NCBI GenBank assembly: GCA_944389515.1
Contig: CALXMQ010000002.1
Location: 3,233-67,232, forward strand
Origin: an uncultured Alphaproteobacteria bacterium
Lineage (GTDB): Bacteria > Pseudomonadota > Alphaproteobacteria > Rs-D84
DNA length: 64,000 nt
Direction: 5' to 3'
The notes under the pieces are model-generated. The model saw only the letters and a program-made list of their open reading frames with translations, was not told the DNA's origin and did not search any database. The position numbers and the translations under genes are program-made. Of this stretch, positions 36,196 through 44,945 are shown piece after piece (within the stretch, counting starts at the first letter, position 1; each line of letters starts with the position of its first letter).

Positions 36196-37591
36196 TGCGC
36201 CCGTCCATCAAACATTGTTTTATATCAATTCTTTGTTCCAACCGATGCCAAAAAACATATTGGCATATAATATATTGTGATAAAGATTTTGCGTTATAAC
36301 GTAACCCTAAATCAGTTACTATGCGTCGACAATCAATGGTTTTATCATCATCCGCAGATGGTTTTTCAATTATTTTTATCCCATCGTTACTGATTGTTTC
36401 CAACAACACATCGGGCAGCACAGAATCCCCAGCAGGACGAATATCCAATATAACTTCGCCTGTTTCACCATTGTTTAACGCATCTGACGTTTGGTCACGC
36501 ATTGTGATATTTGATACAATCAATGTACCGGTTTCGATACCGCTGCGTGAACTGTATTCCAAATCATCAGGGTCAATATACACATCTTGGCCACGCGATG
36601 CATCTATGTAAGAACTGATATCCAACCGTTCGACACTGAAATTCATATTTTCACTGACAACATCGCCGGCAACGTTCCATTGTAATGGACCAGAAAAACT
36701 GGTACGCCCAGCCGTCATAGCAAAATCATACGCAGATGCAGAATTTGACGTAAAATTCCCTGTATCACCAAACATAGATATTGTTCGCGCAGATATATCA
36801 CCAACATACAATGCACCACGTGTCAATGATAATGCAGATTCACCCAACGCACCTTGAAACACGGCACGATTTGCAGACATAACATCAATCGTACTGCGAA
36901 CTTTACGTCCGTCTTCGACACCAAAAACAGACAATGTATTAAATTGGCCGGTATCAAATTCACCACGGCGTGCAAAAACTTCGCCACCATTATTAAATGA
37001 AAAACCGCCCATATCTAAATTTGTTAAAAATGCACTGTTATCCAAATTTTGTTCGTTACGTCGTACGACATCGGAATACGCAGAATCCAATGCCAATCCA
37101 ACCATAATTGTGTTACCAGAAACACTGGCATAAAAACCAATTCTGCGCGCCAATTCTGCCAGTTGAACCGCCGATAAATCGCCACCCGATAATTGCAAAT
37201 ACGCCGTTACTGATACCGGTGTTTTATTTATCACCAAAGAAATATCTTGACCCAATGCAGTACGTGGAATAAAACCCAATGGCAAACCATATGATTCTAG
37301 CAAATCTGAAAAAGTATTCCCAGACACAACAGTTGTATTATATGGCAAATCATTTGCACGTTCGCGTATAAATATACGTGCAGCTGTTTGTGCGACTTCG
37401 ACCTTTTGCGTTGATGCATACATTTGTGCATCAATATCACGCGCCGCCAGTCGCCCGGCAAAAAACGGGATAAACGAAAATATCAATGTCAGTGCTAATA
37501 ACGCCTGTAATAAAAAATTTCCGTTTTGTCGCGACAAATCAGGCATCCCTCCTACATCGATGATGTTAGCAAGCAAAAAAAAAGATTGCAA
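36182..37591 (-). CDS. Large prepilin-like (pseudopilin/modular pilin) protein 1 (469 aa; alternative ATG start at 37546)
   Basis: Has ..SRQNG|NFLLQALLALTLIFSFIPFF with Gln at +5. TTG start at 37591, or ATG at 37546 directly after GGAGGG. The C-terminal half has LDMGGFSFNNGG. Confidence 0.5.
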   Translation of the reverse strand: MQSFFLLANIIDVGGMPDLSRQNGNFLLQALLALTLIFSFIPFFAGRLAARDIDAQMYASTQKVEVAQTAARIFIRERANDLPYNTTVVSGNTFSDLLESYGLPLGFIPRTALGQDISLVINKTPVSVTAYLQLSGGDLSAVQLAELARRIGFYASVSGNTIMVGLALDSAYSDVVRRNEQNLDNSAFLTNLDMGGFSFNNGGEVFARRGEFDTGQFNTLSVFGVEDGRKVRSTIDVMSANRAVFQGALGESALSLTRGALYVGDISARTISMFGDTGNFTSNSASAYDFAMTAGRTSFSGPLQWNVAGDVVSENMNFSVERLDISSYIDASRGQDVYIDPDDLEYSSRSGIETGTLIVSNITMRDQTSDALNNGETGEVILDIRPAGDSVLPDVLLETISNDGIKIIEKPSADDDKTIDCRRIVTDLGLRYNAKSLSQYIICQYVFWHRLEQRIDIKQCLMDGRSDCM

Positions 37592-37686
37592 TCAGTTTTA
37601 AGATACATTATTATTCACCATGTTGATAAACGATAGTGAATACTATCCAAACAAAAAAATATTTCCTGATAACAAAAAAAACGAAT

Positions 37687-38040
37687 ATGCAAAACAAAAA
37701 AAATCAATCGTCTGTGGGGCTGATGATTCAGCGCTGTCATAAATGGCGTCAAAAAAGAAAACAATATATGGATCAGGCACGCCAAACATCTGATGAAATT
37801 GAACGTGAACGCTTGATGCAGGCGGCCGAACATTACGGACGCATCGTAAATGCAGAACAGGGTCGCATCGATTCCACACGTGACCCAAAAGATAAAACAC
37901 CTGTGGTCGAAGATACACCTGATGTATCAGACGCATCTGATGCACCTGATATTTCTGACACGTCGGATACCCCAGACACATCAGATACAAATGATGATGA
38001 AGAAGTTGTTTTTCCAGACTTCATTACGGGCGAAAAATAA
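37687..38040 (+). CDS. DUF4167-like protein with an acidic D-x-x repeat tail
   Basis: ORF 37636..38040, with the start moved to MQNKKNQSS. The segment ..YMDQARQTSDEIERERLMQAAEHYGRI.. matches the Y..LA.....GD....E...QHAEHY.RI pattern I recall for alphaproteobacterial DUF4167. Confidence 0.55.
   Translation: MQNKKNQSSVGLMIQRCHKWRQKRKQYMDQARQTSDEIERERLMQAAEHYGRIVNAEQGRIDSTRDPKDKTPVVEDTPDVSDASDAPDISDTSDTPDTSDTNDDEEVVFPDFITGEK
37912..37992 (+). repeat. Nine consecutive in-frame D-x-x triplets (9-nt period): DTP DVS DAS DAP DIS DTS DTP DTS DTN
   Basis: Read directly from gat aca cct gat gta tca gac gca tct ... Confidence 0.8.
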
Positions 38041-38122
38041 TCAGAACGATGTAATTTCGTACTTTTAATTCTTGAAATTTTACTGTGTTTTGCTATGCTG
38101 ACCCCAAAAGGAAGTTTGACAT

Positions 38123-39655
38123 ATGGACAGCAATTACACAGTTTTAGCGCGCAAATATCGCAGTCAAGATTTCAAATCACTGATTGGCCAAGATGTATTG
38201 GTTAAAACACTGACCACGGCAATAAACACCGGACGTATTGCACATGCATACATTTTTACCGGAATACGTGGGACGGGCAAAACCAGTACTGCCCGTATTT
38301 TGGCCAAGGCATTAAATTGTTTATCGTCTGATGGGCCGACTGCGAATCCATGTGGGGTATGCGAAAATTGCCGTGCGATTGCCGCAGGTCAACATATTGA
38401 CGTTATGGAAATTGACGCAGCATCACATACAGGCGTTGATAATATGCGCGAAATACTGGATGCGTCACAATATCGCCCAACAAATGGCCGATACAAAGTA
38501 TATATAATCGACGAAGTTCATATGTTATCCGCCAGTGCATTTAACGCACTGTTAAAAACATTAGAAGAACCACCAGCACATGTTATATTTATATTAGCAA
38601 CAACAGAAATACGCAAAGTACCGGTTACAATACTGTCACGTTGTCAACGTTTTGATTTGGTACGCGTACCAGTAGAAACGCTGAAAAAACATTTTGCATG
38701 GATTGCCGCCCAGGAAAAAATAGAATTGTCCGATGCGGCAAATGAATTGTTGGCACGTGCGGCCGATGGTTCTGTGCGTGACGGATTGTCTTTGCTGGAC
38801 CAGGCAATCGCACAAACAGGTGGACATGTCGATGAAAAATCTGTGCTGGAAATGTTAAAGCGTGCAGACCGTGGTGTTGTTGTCAACTTTATGGAAACAT
38901 TATTGTCAGGCGATACGGCCGCTGCTTTGGCCAAAGTAGACGAGATATATAATAACGGTGCAGATTTAAGTATGTTGTTGACTGATATGATGGAATGGAC
39001 ACATTGGGCAACACGTATGCATCCTGCGATTCATGCAGGTGATGTTACTAATTTGCCATATACCGCCGATCAACGTGAACAAATTAAAAAAATAAATACC
39101 CGGGTATCATTAAATACATTATCCCGTATATGGCAGGTTATGGTTGCAGCGGTGCCAGAAATGCAGGCATCAGGAAATCAAAAGCAATGCTTTGATATGT
39201 TGGTTGTTCGTTTAATGCATATTGCAGATATGCCGTCTGTGCCAGAAATATTAAAAAAACAGGCATCAGAAACAGCAACACATAGTGCATCAGTGCAAGC
39301 ACCCACCCCCCAGGTATCAGCCCAGAAAATAGAAAACGCAAATGATTTAGCAAATGCATTGCAATCATCCAAAGAAATTTTGCTGTATTCTTATTATACC
39401 AGTAATATAGAGGTATTGGATGTATCTGATGGTACATTAAAATATTTTGACCGACGTGGTGATGCAGAATTTGCACATAAACTGGCCACTTGGTTAAATG
39501 AAAAAACGGGGCATGCATGGACACTGGAACGTGTTACAGAATCACCGCATGCACACACAATCACAGAACAAAAAAAAGAAGAATTGGAATCTGACCCATT
39601 GGTTGCAGACGCAATGAGTTTATTCGCAGACGCACAAATCGTCGGCATAAAGTAA
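38123..39655 (+). CDS. dnaX: DNA polymerase III subunit tau/gamma
   Basis: GIRGTGKTSTARILAK Walker A, the zinc module CGVCENC, IIDEVHMLS and SRCQRF sensor motifs. AAGGAAG SD. Confidence 0.9.
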   Translation: MDSNYTVLARKYRSQDFKSLIGQDVLVKTLTTAINTGRIAHAYIFTGIRGTGKTSTARILAKALNCLSSDGPTANPCGVCENCRAIAAGQHIDVMEIDAASHTGVDNMREILDASQYRPTNGRYKVYIIDEVHMLSASAFNALLKTLEEPPAHVIFILATTEIRKVPVTILSRCQRFDLVRVPVETLKKHFAWIAAQEKIELSDAANELLARAADGSVRDGLSLLDQAIAQTGGHVDEKSVLEMLKRADRGVVVNFMETLLSGDTAAALAKVDEIYNNGADLSMLLTDMMEWTHWATRMHPAIHAGDVTNLPYTADQREQIKKINTRVSLNTLSRIWQVMVAAVPEMQASGNQKQCFDMLVVRLMHIADMPSVPEILKKQASETATHSASVQAPTPQVSAQKIENANDLANALQSSKEILLYSYYTSNIEVLDVSDGTLKYFDRRGDAEFAHKLATWLNEKTGHAWTLERVTESPHAHTITEQKKEELESDPLVADAMSLFADAQIVGIK

Positions 39656-39677
39656 ACAGATAACAGGAGATACAAAA

Positions 39678-40136
39678 ATGATTCAAGAACGCGGTGCATC
39701 TATGATTGAAATTATCGGTGTGCTGGCCATCGCTGGGTTGATGAGTGCCGCTGCAATCGGCATGTACAATGTTATTCGCGGCAACCAGGCACGCAAAATT
39801 GCGTCTGTGGAAATGGAACAGATTGTAAAAAATACAGAGTTACTGATGGGGATGCGTGGTGATTATACTGGATTATCTGTGGATTATTTGGTATCTGCCG
39901 GCGCGTTACAAAATGCAAATGCCCCGATTGGTGGCGACGGGTGGTCTGTGGCGGCAATAAATAATGGTGCTGGGTTTGCAATAAACTTGGTCGATTTAAG
40001 TGAAGGTGAATGCCAATTCTTTACCACAACACCACCCAAATGGGCAACACGGATATTGGTAAATAATGTTGAATTGACAACAACTGTGAACTGCTTTTCC
40101 ACAGATACAAATCAAATATCATTTATTGTTGAATAA
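39678..40136 (+). CDS. Type IV pilin-like protein (152 aa)
   Basis: MIQERG|ASMIEIIGVLAIAGLMSAAAIGMY has Glu+5, Gly+14 and Tyr+24 aligned with the canonical FTLIELMIVVAIIGILAAIAIPQY. C-terminal Cys pair (GEC..x30..VNC). AGGAG SD. Confidence 0.7.
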   Translation: MIQERGASMIEIIGVLAIAGLMSAAAIGMYNVIRGNQARKIASVEMEQIVKNTELLMGMRGDYTGLSVDYLVSAGALQNANAPIGGDGWSVAAINNGAGFAINLVDLSEGECQFFTTTPPKWATRILVNNVELTTTVNCFSTDTNQISFIVE

Positions 40137-40145
40137 TTGGAATAT

Positions 40146-40820
40146 ATGAAATTACAAAATGTTTTGATTTTACCGATTTTATTATGTATTGCCGGATGTG
40201 CGCAATATCACAGTCCTGCGCGAAATACATGGCCACAATATTTGCGTGGCGCCAGTTTTACAGACATGACCGAAGTTGCCCGTATTGCAAAGCGACCTGT
40301 ATTTCTGGGGGCGGGTGGAAAATTGATATCTTCGATTGAAATGCCTGCAAATATGGAATACGGCGATAAAGTACAGAACGATACCGCCATCAGTGTAAAT
40401 TATATGGCAAATTTGGAATATGAATTATATGACGCATTGCGCAAGCCTGGGATTTCTGTTCAGCGCGCCGGCACAGATGTTGTTGTAATTCTGGTGCGTG
40501 ACGCAATTATGGAATTAAATGTTGGCGATATTTCTTCTGATGGCGCAGATACATTGAAAACAATTTCTAAAATTTTGAAAAAATACGATGCAACGTTCTT
40601 AGAAATTGCTGGGTATACTGATTCTATGGCTGCATCCCAGGCAGATGCTTTGTCATTAGATATGGCGCAAAGGGTTGGTGTATATTTATCACAACATGGG
40701 GTAAATACTGCACGTATGTTTATTGTTGGTCGTGGCGCCGCACGTCCCATTGCCGCCCAGGATGATATTGGACGTCTGACCAACCGGCGTATTGAAATCA
40801 GGTTGGTTCCAGCACGATAA
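40146..40820 (+). CDS. OmpA-family peptidoglycan-binding lipoprotein
   Basis: Lipobox LLCIAGC|A. C-terminal GYTDSMA....ALSLDMAQRVGVYLSQHGV...R....GRGAARPIA......NRRIEI. Confidence 0.75.
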   Translation: MKLQNVLILPILLCIAGCAQYHSPARNTWPQYLRGASFTDMTEVARIAKRPVFLGAGGKLISSIEMPANMEYGDKVQNDTAISVNYMANLEYELYDALRKPGISVQRAGTDVVVILVRDAIMELNVGDISSDGADTLKTISKILKKYDATFLEIAGYTDSMAASQADALSLDMAQRVGVYLSQHGVNTARMFIVGRGAARPIAAQDDIGRLTNRRIEIRLVPAR

Positions 40821-40902
40821 AAATTGGACAACTTTCCCTTTCATTTTCAAAATTTTATTGCTATACTGCAACCATAACAATAATAAACAAAGGATGGAAA
40901 TT

Positions 40903-41565
40903 ATGGCAAATAAAACACAGACTAATCCGGCTGTAAAAAAATATGTTAAAACTGGCATTATTGCTGCAATCGTGATTGTTGTTGCCGCATTGGGTATTTG
41001 GGGCATCAGTGCAATGCGCGGCGGCGGTGTCACAACCGAAGAAGCATTGGAAACAGTTACAACCGACGCAGCCAACGCGGCAGATTTACGTATCGCTGTT
41101 ATCCGTATGGATGCAATTCAAACAGATGCAGCCGTACTGAAAGATTTAACCGCACAGCGCCAAAAATACGAAGAACAATTACGTGATGAATTGGAATCCA
41201 GACAAAAAGAATTAGAACAAGAAAAAACAGAAATTGAAAAATCCCAAGATGTTTTGTCACGTGATGCACTGCAACGCCGTATTGTTGATTACCAAAACCG
41301 CGTAACAGAATTACAACGCGATTTAACAGAACGTGCACAAAGTGTCGAAGTTGCTTTTCAAAAAGCATTGAACGACGTTCAAAATGAACATCTGAACCCA
41401 ATTATCGAAGGTATAATTGCAAAAAAGAATTTGTCTTTGGTAATTGACGGACGCTTTACTCGTCTGGGGGCAAATGCAGAAAACTTGGACATCACAAATG
41501 AAGTAATTTCTGCATTAGATAAAAAAGTATCAAAAATTAAAATGGATACCCCACAGGGATTCTGA
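40903..41565 (+). CDS. skp: OmpH/Skp-family periplasmic chaperone
   Basis: ORF 40792..41565, with the start moved to MANKTQ (AAAGGA SD 8 nt upstream; alternative ATG at 40894). N-terminal hydrophobic anchor and a long Q/E/R-rich coiled coil. Positioned directly before lpxD-fabZ. Confidence 0.7.
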   Translation: MANKTQTNPAVKKYVKTGIIAAIVIVVAALGIWGISAMRGGGVTTEEALETVTTDAANAADLRIAVIRMDAIQTDAAVLKDLTAQRQKYEEQLRDELESRQKELEQEKTEIEKSQDVLSRDALQRRIVDYQNRVTELQRDLTERAQSVEVAFQKALNDVQNEHLNPIIEGIIAKKNLSLVIDGRFTRLGANAENLDITNEVISALDKKVSKIKMDTPQGF

Positions 41566-41585
41566 TGCAAATAATTGTAAAGAAT

Positions 41586-41612
41586 AAACACCGTCATAAG
41601 ACGGTGTTTTTT
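41586..41612 (+). terminator. Rho-independent terminator after skp
   Basis: CACCGTC ATAA GACGGTG followed by TTTTTT. Confidence 0.6.
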
Positions 41613-41650
41613 ATGCTTTCAATTTTCAAAAAAACGAATATAATCGCAAT

Positions 41651-42694
41651 ATGTTAAACAAAATAAAGTCTTGGTTTTTGCCGGCGGCCACACAAACAAC
41701 AGCCGGCCAGTTGGCCGAAAAATTCGGTCTGGAATTACGTGGAAATTCGGACACGGTTGTGCGTGGTGTTGCACCGATTGCTGATGCGCGTCCTGGCCAG
41801 TTGGCTTTTTATTCCACAGAACAAAACAGTGCGGCGTTCAAAATTTTACCAATCGAAGTATTAAAAAATACACGCGCGTCTGTTATACTGGTTCAGCCAG
41901 AACAAGCAAAAAACGCCCCACGTGGTGCAACTTTGCTGATTACCGACAGTCCGCGTGGCAATATTGTTAAAATACTGGGTGAAATTTATCGTGAACCACC
42001 ACGCTTTGGTATAAATCGACACGCAACAATCGAACGGGGTGTATTTTTCCGCCGGCGTGCATCGGTATATGTTGGACAATATGCAACTGTTGAACGTGGC
42101 GCCGTTATCGAAGAAAATGTAAAAATATACCCAGGCGCATATATTGGGCGCAATGTTACAATCGGCGCAAATACTGTTATTCAAACTGGTGCACATATCG
42201 AAAATGCAACAATCGGGTCAGATTGTGTAATAAACGCTGGCGCAGTAATTGGCAAAGATGGTTTTGGATATACACGCCAAGATGGCCACAATGTATTTAT
42301 TCCGCATGTTGGCCGTGTTATTATTGGCAACCGTGTGTCCGTTGGCGCGAACACATGTATTGATCGTGGCGCAATGACAGATACACGTATTGGTGATGGA
42401 ACAAAAATTGACAATCTGTGTCAAATTGCACACGGTGTTGTTGTTGGGTCTGAATGCTTTTTGGCGTCTGGCGTTGGATTAGCTGGCGGTGTTGTTGTTG
42501 GTGACCGCGCATTATTAGCAGGCCAAGTTGGCGTCGCAAATGGCGTTCATATCGGCAATGATGCCGAAGTTGGCGCACACAGTGGCGTATTCAGAAATGT
42601 TCCTGATGGGGGACGCCATATGGGATATCCGGCTGGTCCAGGGACAGAATTCATGCGGCACTATGCTTGGTTACGTAAAAACGCAAAAAATTAA
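41651..42694 (+). CDS. lpxD: UDP-3-O-acylglucosamine N-acyltransferase
   Basis: 347 aa with a long left-handed beta-helix of hexapeptide repeats (IGxxxxI...). Canonical skp-lpxD-fabZ context. Confidence 0.85.
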   Translation: MLNKIKSWFLPAATQTTAGQLAEKFGLELRGNSDTVVRGVAPIADARPGQLAFYSTEQNSAAFKILPIEVLKNTRASVILVQPEQAKNAPRGATLLITDSPRGNIVKILGEIYREPPRFGINRHATIERGVFFRRRASVYVGQYATVERGAVIEENVKIYPGAYIGRNVTIGANTVIQTGAHIENATIGSDCVINAGAVIGKDGFGYTRQDGHNVFIPHVGRVIIGNRVSVGANTCIDRGAMTDTRIGDGTKIDNLCQIAHGVVVGSECFLASGVGLAGGVVVGDRALLAGQVGVANGVHIGNDAEVGAHSGVFRNVPDGGRHMGYPAGPGTEFMRHYAWLRKNAKN

Positions 42695-42712
42695 ATCACA
42701 GGGGGATTATAT

Positions 42713-43165
42713 ATGATAGACGCAAAAGGTATTGAAAAAGTTATTCCGCATCGCGGTGCCATGCGGTTGGTTGATGAAATTCGCGAATATAATGAAACCA
42801 GCGGTGTTGGTATAAAGTACGTTCGTGATGATGAATTTTGGTGTGCAGGTCATTTTCCGGGCAATCCGATTATGCCGGGCGTATTGACCATCGAAGCATT
42901 GGCACAAACAGCATGTTTCATTGCATTGGCACGTATGGGTGTCAACGATGGTAAAACATTGGGATATTTTACAACAATGGAAAAAATTAAATTTTCACAT
43001 TTTGTAAAACCTGGGGACGTTTTAGAATTACATGTAGAATTAGTTATGTCAAAAATGCGTCTGTATAAATTCCATGGCATTGCAATGGTCAGTGGGAAAA
43101 AAGTATCCGAAGCAACATTTACTGCAATTATGGATTCGCATAACCCAATGGAAAAGCAAGTATAA
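42713..43165 (+). CDS. fabZ: 3-hydroxyacyl-ACP dehydratase FabZ
   Basis: IPHRGAMRLVDEI and GHFPGNPIMPGVL motifs. Confidence 0.9.
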   Translation: MIDAKGIEKVIPHRGAMRLVDEIREYNETSGVGIKYVRDDEFWCAGHFPGNPIMPGVLTIEALAQTACFIALARMGVNDGKTLGYFTTMEKIKFSHFVKPGDVLELHVELVMSKMRLYKFHGIAMVSGKKVSEATFTAIMDSHNPMEKQV

Positions 43166-43196
43166 AAAAAATCCCACATTTGTGGGATTTTTTTAT
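43164..43196. terminator. Bidirectional terminator between fabZ and the TPR gene
   Basis: A8-ATCCCAC..GTGGGAT-T8 palindrome. Confidence 0.6.
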
Positions 43197-43207
43197 TTTT
43201 TAATTTA

Positions 43208-44212
43208 TTATTGTTGTTCCAAATCAGCAATCAAATTTTGAATTCTGTTCATACTGGCATTATCAACCAATGCCGCGGCGATTGTGTATGCAGAATCCAA
43301 ATCACTGCGTGCCGCACTTGTATTACCGATTGCTAAATTTAATGCCGCAGATTTTTCAAAATATGACATCGCATTACTGGACAACCCTTCGCGTTCAGCG
43401 GCGCTTGTTGCGCCCTGGATTTGTTCTGATATCACACGAATTGCCGATGCATAATCGTTGATTGCATCACTGTAATTGCCCATTTGTGTGTACGCTTCGG
43501 CACGTTCTGCATATACAGATGGTGTTACAACCCCATCTGGGCGCGCCAATGAATTTGTGTAATCAGCAACAGCGCCCTGCCAATTCTTTAACCACAAATT
43601 TAACTGGCCACGTTTGGCATACAAATCGCGCATTTGTAATACAGGTGATGGGTTGGCTGTTTGTGCCGCCAATGCGTTGTTTATATCAGATAATGCCGTA
43701 TTATAATCTTCCAATCTGATATTTAATAATGCACGGTCATAATACGCAACAGCATTTACCGCATCCATTTCAATCGCGGTATTAAAATCAGACAATGCAT
43801 TGCGATAATCAGCAGTTTGCATGTACGCTTCGCCACGCAATATATACATATCAACTGTTGCATTACCTGCGTCAATCGCAGTTGTTAAATCGGTAATGGC
43901 GTCTGATACATTGCCAGAAACCAATTTTGTTTTTGCCTGTTCATAATAATCAGTTGGTTGCAATAATGCTTCTTCGGTAATTTCAACATTATTCGTTGAC
44001 GTGTTTGTATCGATACACGTGCTGTGGCTGCGCCCCAAGATATAAAACGTTGCCGCAATAAAGAATAAAATTATAAACCAATAAACATATATCGACAAAG
44101 ACCACGGATTAAATGTTGATTGCTTTGCACTTGTATTTTTAGGTGCAATTTTAGCCCCCGATTGTGCGCCGCGCCGTGTATTCAGATTTTTCTTGGTGGT
44201 GTTTTTTTTCAT
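43208..44212 (-). CDS. Membrane-anchored tetratricopeptide-repeat protein
   Basis: Basic N-terminus, TM LSIYVYWFIILFFIAATFYIL, then at least 5 TPR-like units (..A..DY..AI......A.AYY.RA..). Confidence 0.65.
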   Translation of the reverse strand: MKKNTTKKNLNTRRGAQSGAKIAPKNTSAKQSTFNPWSLSIYVYWFIILFFIAATFYILGRSHSTCIDTNTSTNNVEITEEALLQPTDYYEQAKTKLVSGNVSDAITDLTTAIDAGNATVDMYILRGEAYMQTADYRNALSDFNTAIEMDAVNAVAYYDRALLNIRLEDYNTALSDINNALAAQTANPSPVLQMRDLYAKRGQLNLWLKNWQGAVADYTNSLARPDGVVTPSVYAERAEAYTQMGNYSDAINDYASAIRVISEQIQGATSAAEREGLSSNAMSYFEKSAALNLAIGNTSAARSDLDSAYTIAAALVDNASMNRIQNLIADLEQQ

Positions 44213-44243
44213 ACAAATCTCCCTTCCTGTCTTACTTTGGATT

Positions 44244-44945
44244 TTAGAGAGTTTTTAGCAACGCGTCAATCGTTTTCTGTTCTATTTTTTTAATTTTTCC
44301 CACAGATAAATTTCCTAGCTGTATTGGTCCAAATGATATACGGTGCAATGCCGTCACAGGACACCCACATGCACGCAGAACAATACGGATTTCGTTCTTT
44401 TTCCCTTCGATAACCGTGACGCGTAATTTATTTTTATCAATAACATCGATGTGCATTGGTCTGTATTTTATACCATCAACAGTTATTCCATTGCGTGCCG
44501 CATCCAGACGGATATTATCAATGCGTGATACCGTTGCAATATACGTACGTGGAATTTTTGACGACGGCAAAGTCAACCGACGCGCAAAATCGCCATCATT
44601 GGTCAGCAACAACAATCCTGATGTTTTATAATCCAAACGCCCAACATATTTTAATTTTTTGTATTCAGGCGGCATACAATCATAAATTGTTTTGCGCCCC
44701 ATTGGGTCGCGCATTGTTGTCATTGTATTTATTGGTTTGTGAAAAATATACAATTCTGTTTTTTCACGTGCATGCACAATCGCGCCATCTATAACAATTT
44801 TATCGTTATCATCAACAAATGTTACAGGCGTATCAATTACCACACCATTTACTGTGACACGACCAGATGCAATTAAAACTTCGGCCTGGCGGCGTGACGC
44901 GACCCCAGAATCTGCGATAAATTTTGCAATACGTATTTTATTCAT
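44244..44945 (-). CDS. RsuA/RluB-family pseudouridine synthase (S4 domain)
   Basis: IAKFIADSGVASRRQAEVLI S4 motif and catalytic GRLDYKTSGLLLLTNDG. Confidence 0.8.
   Translation of the reverse strand: MNKIRIAKFIADSGVASRRQAEVLIASGRVTVNGVVIDTPVTFVDDNDKIVIDGAIVHAREKTELYIFHKPINTMTTMRDPMGRKTIYDCMPPEYKKLKYVGRLDYKTSGLLLLTNDGDFARRLTLPSSKIPRTYIATVSRIDNIRLDAARNGITVDGIKYRPMHIDVIDKNKLRVTVIEGKKNEIRIVLRACGCPVTALHRISFGPIQLGNLSVGKIKKIEQKTIDALLKTL

Noticed and set aside
40792-40902. Upstream extension of the skp ORF overlapping the OmpA-like gene; also the TTG start at 40137 for the OmpA-like gene
   Set aside because: The internal ATGs have SD-like sequences and give sensible signal or anchor peptides. The extensions overlap neighbouring CDSs.
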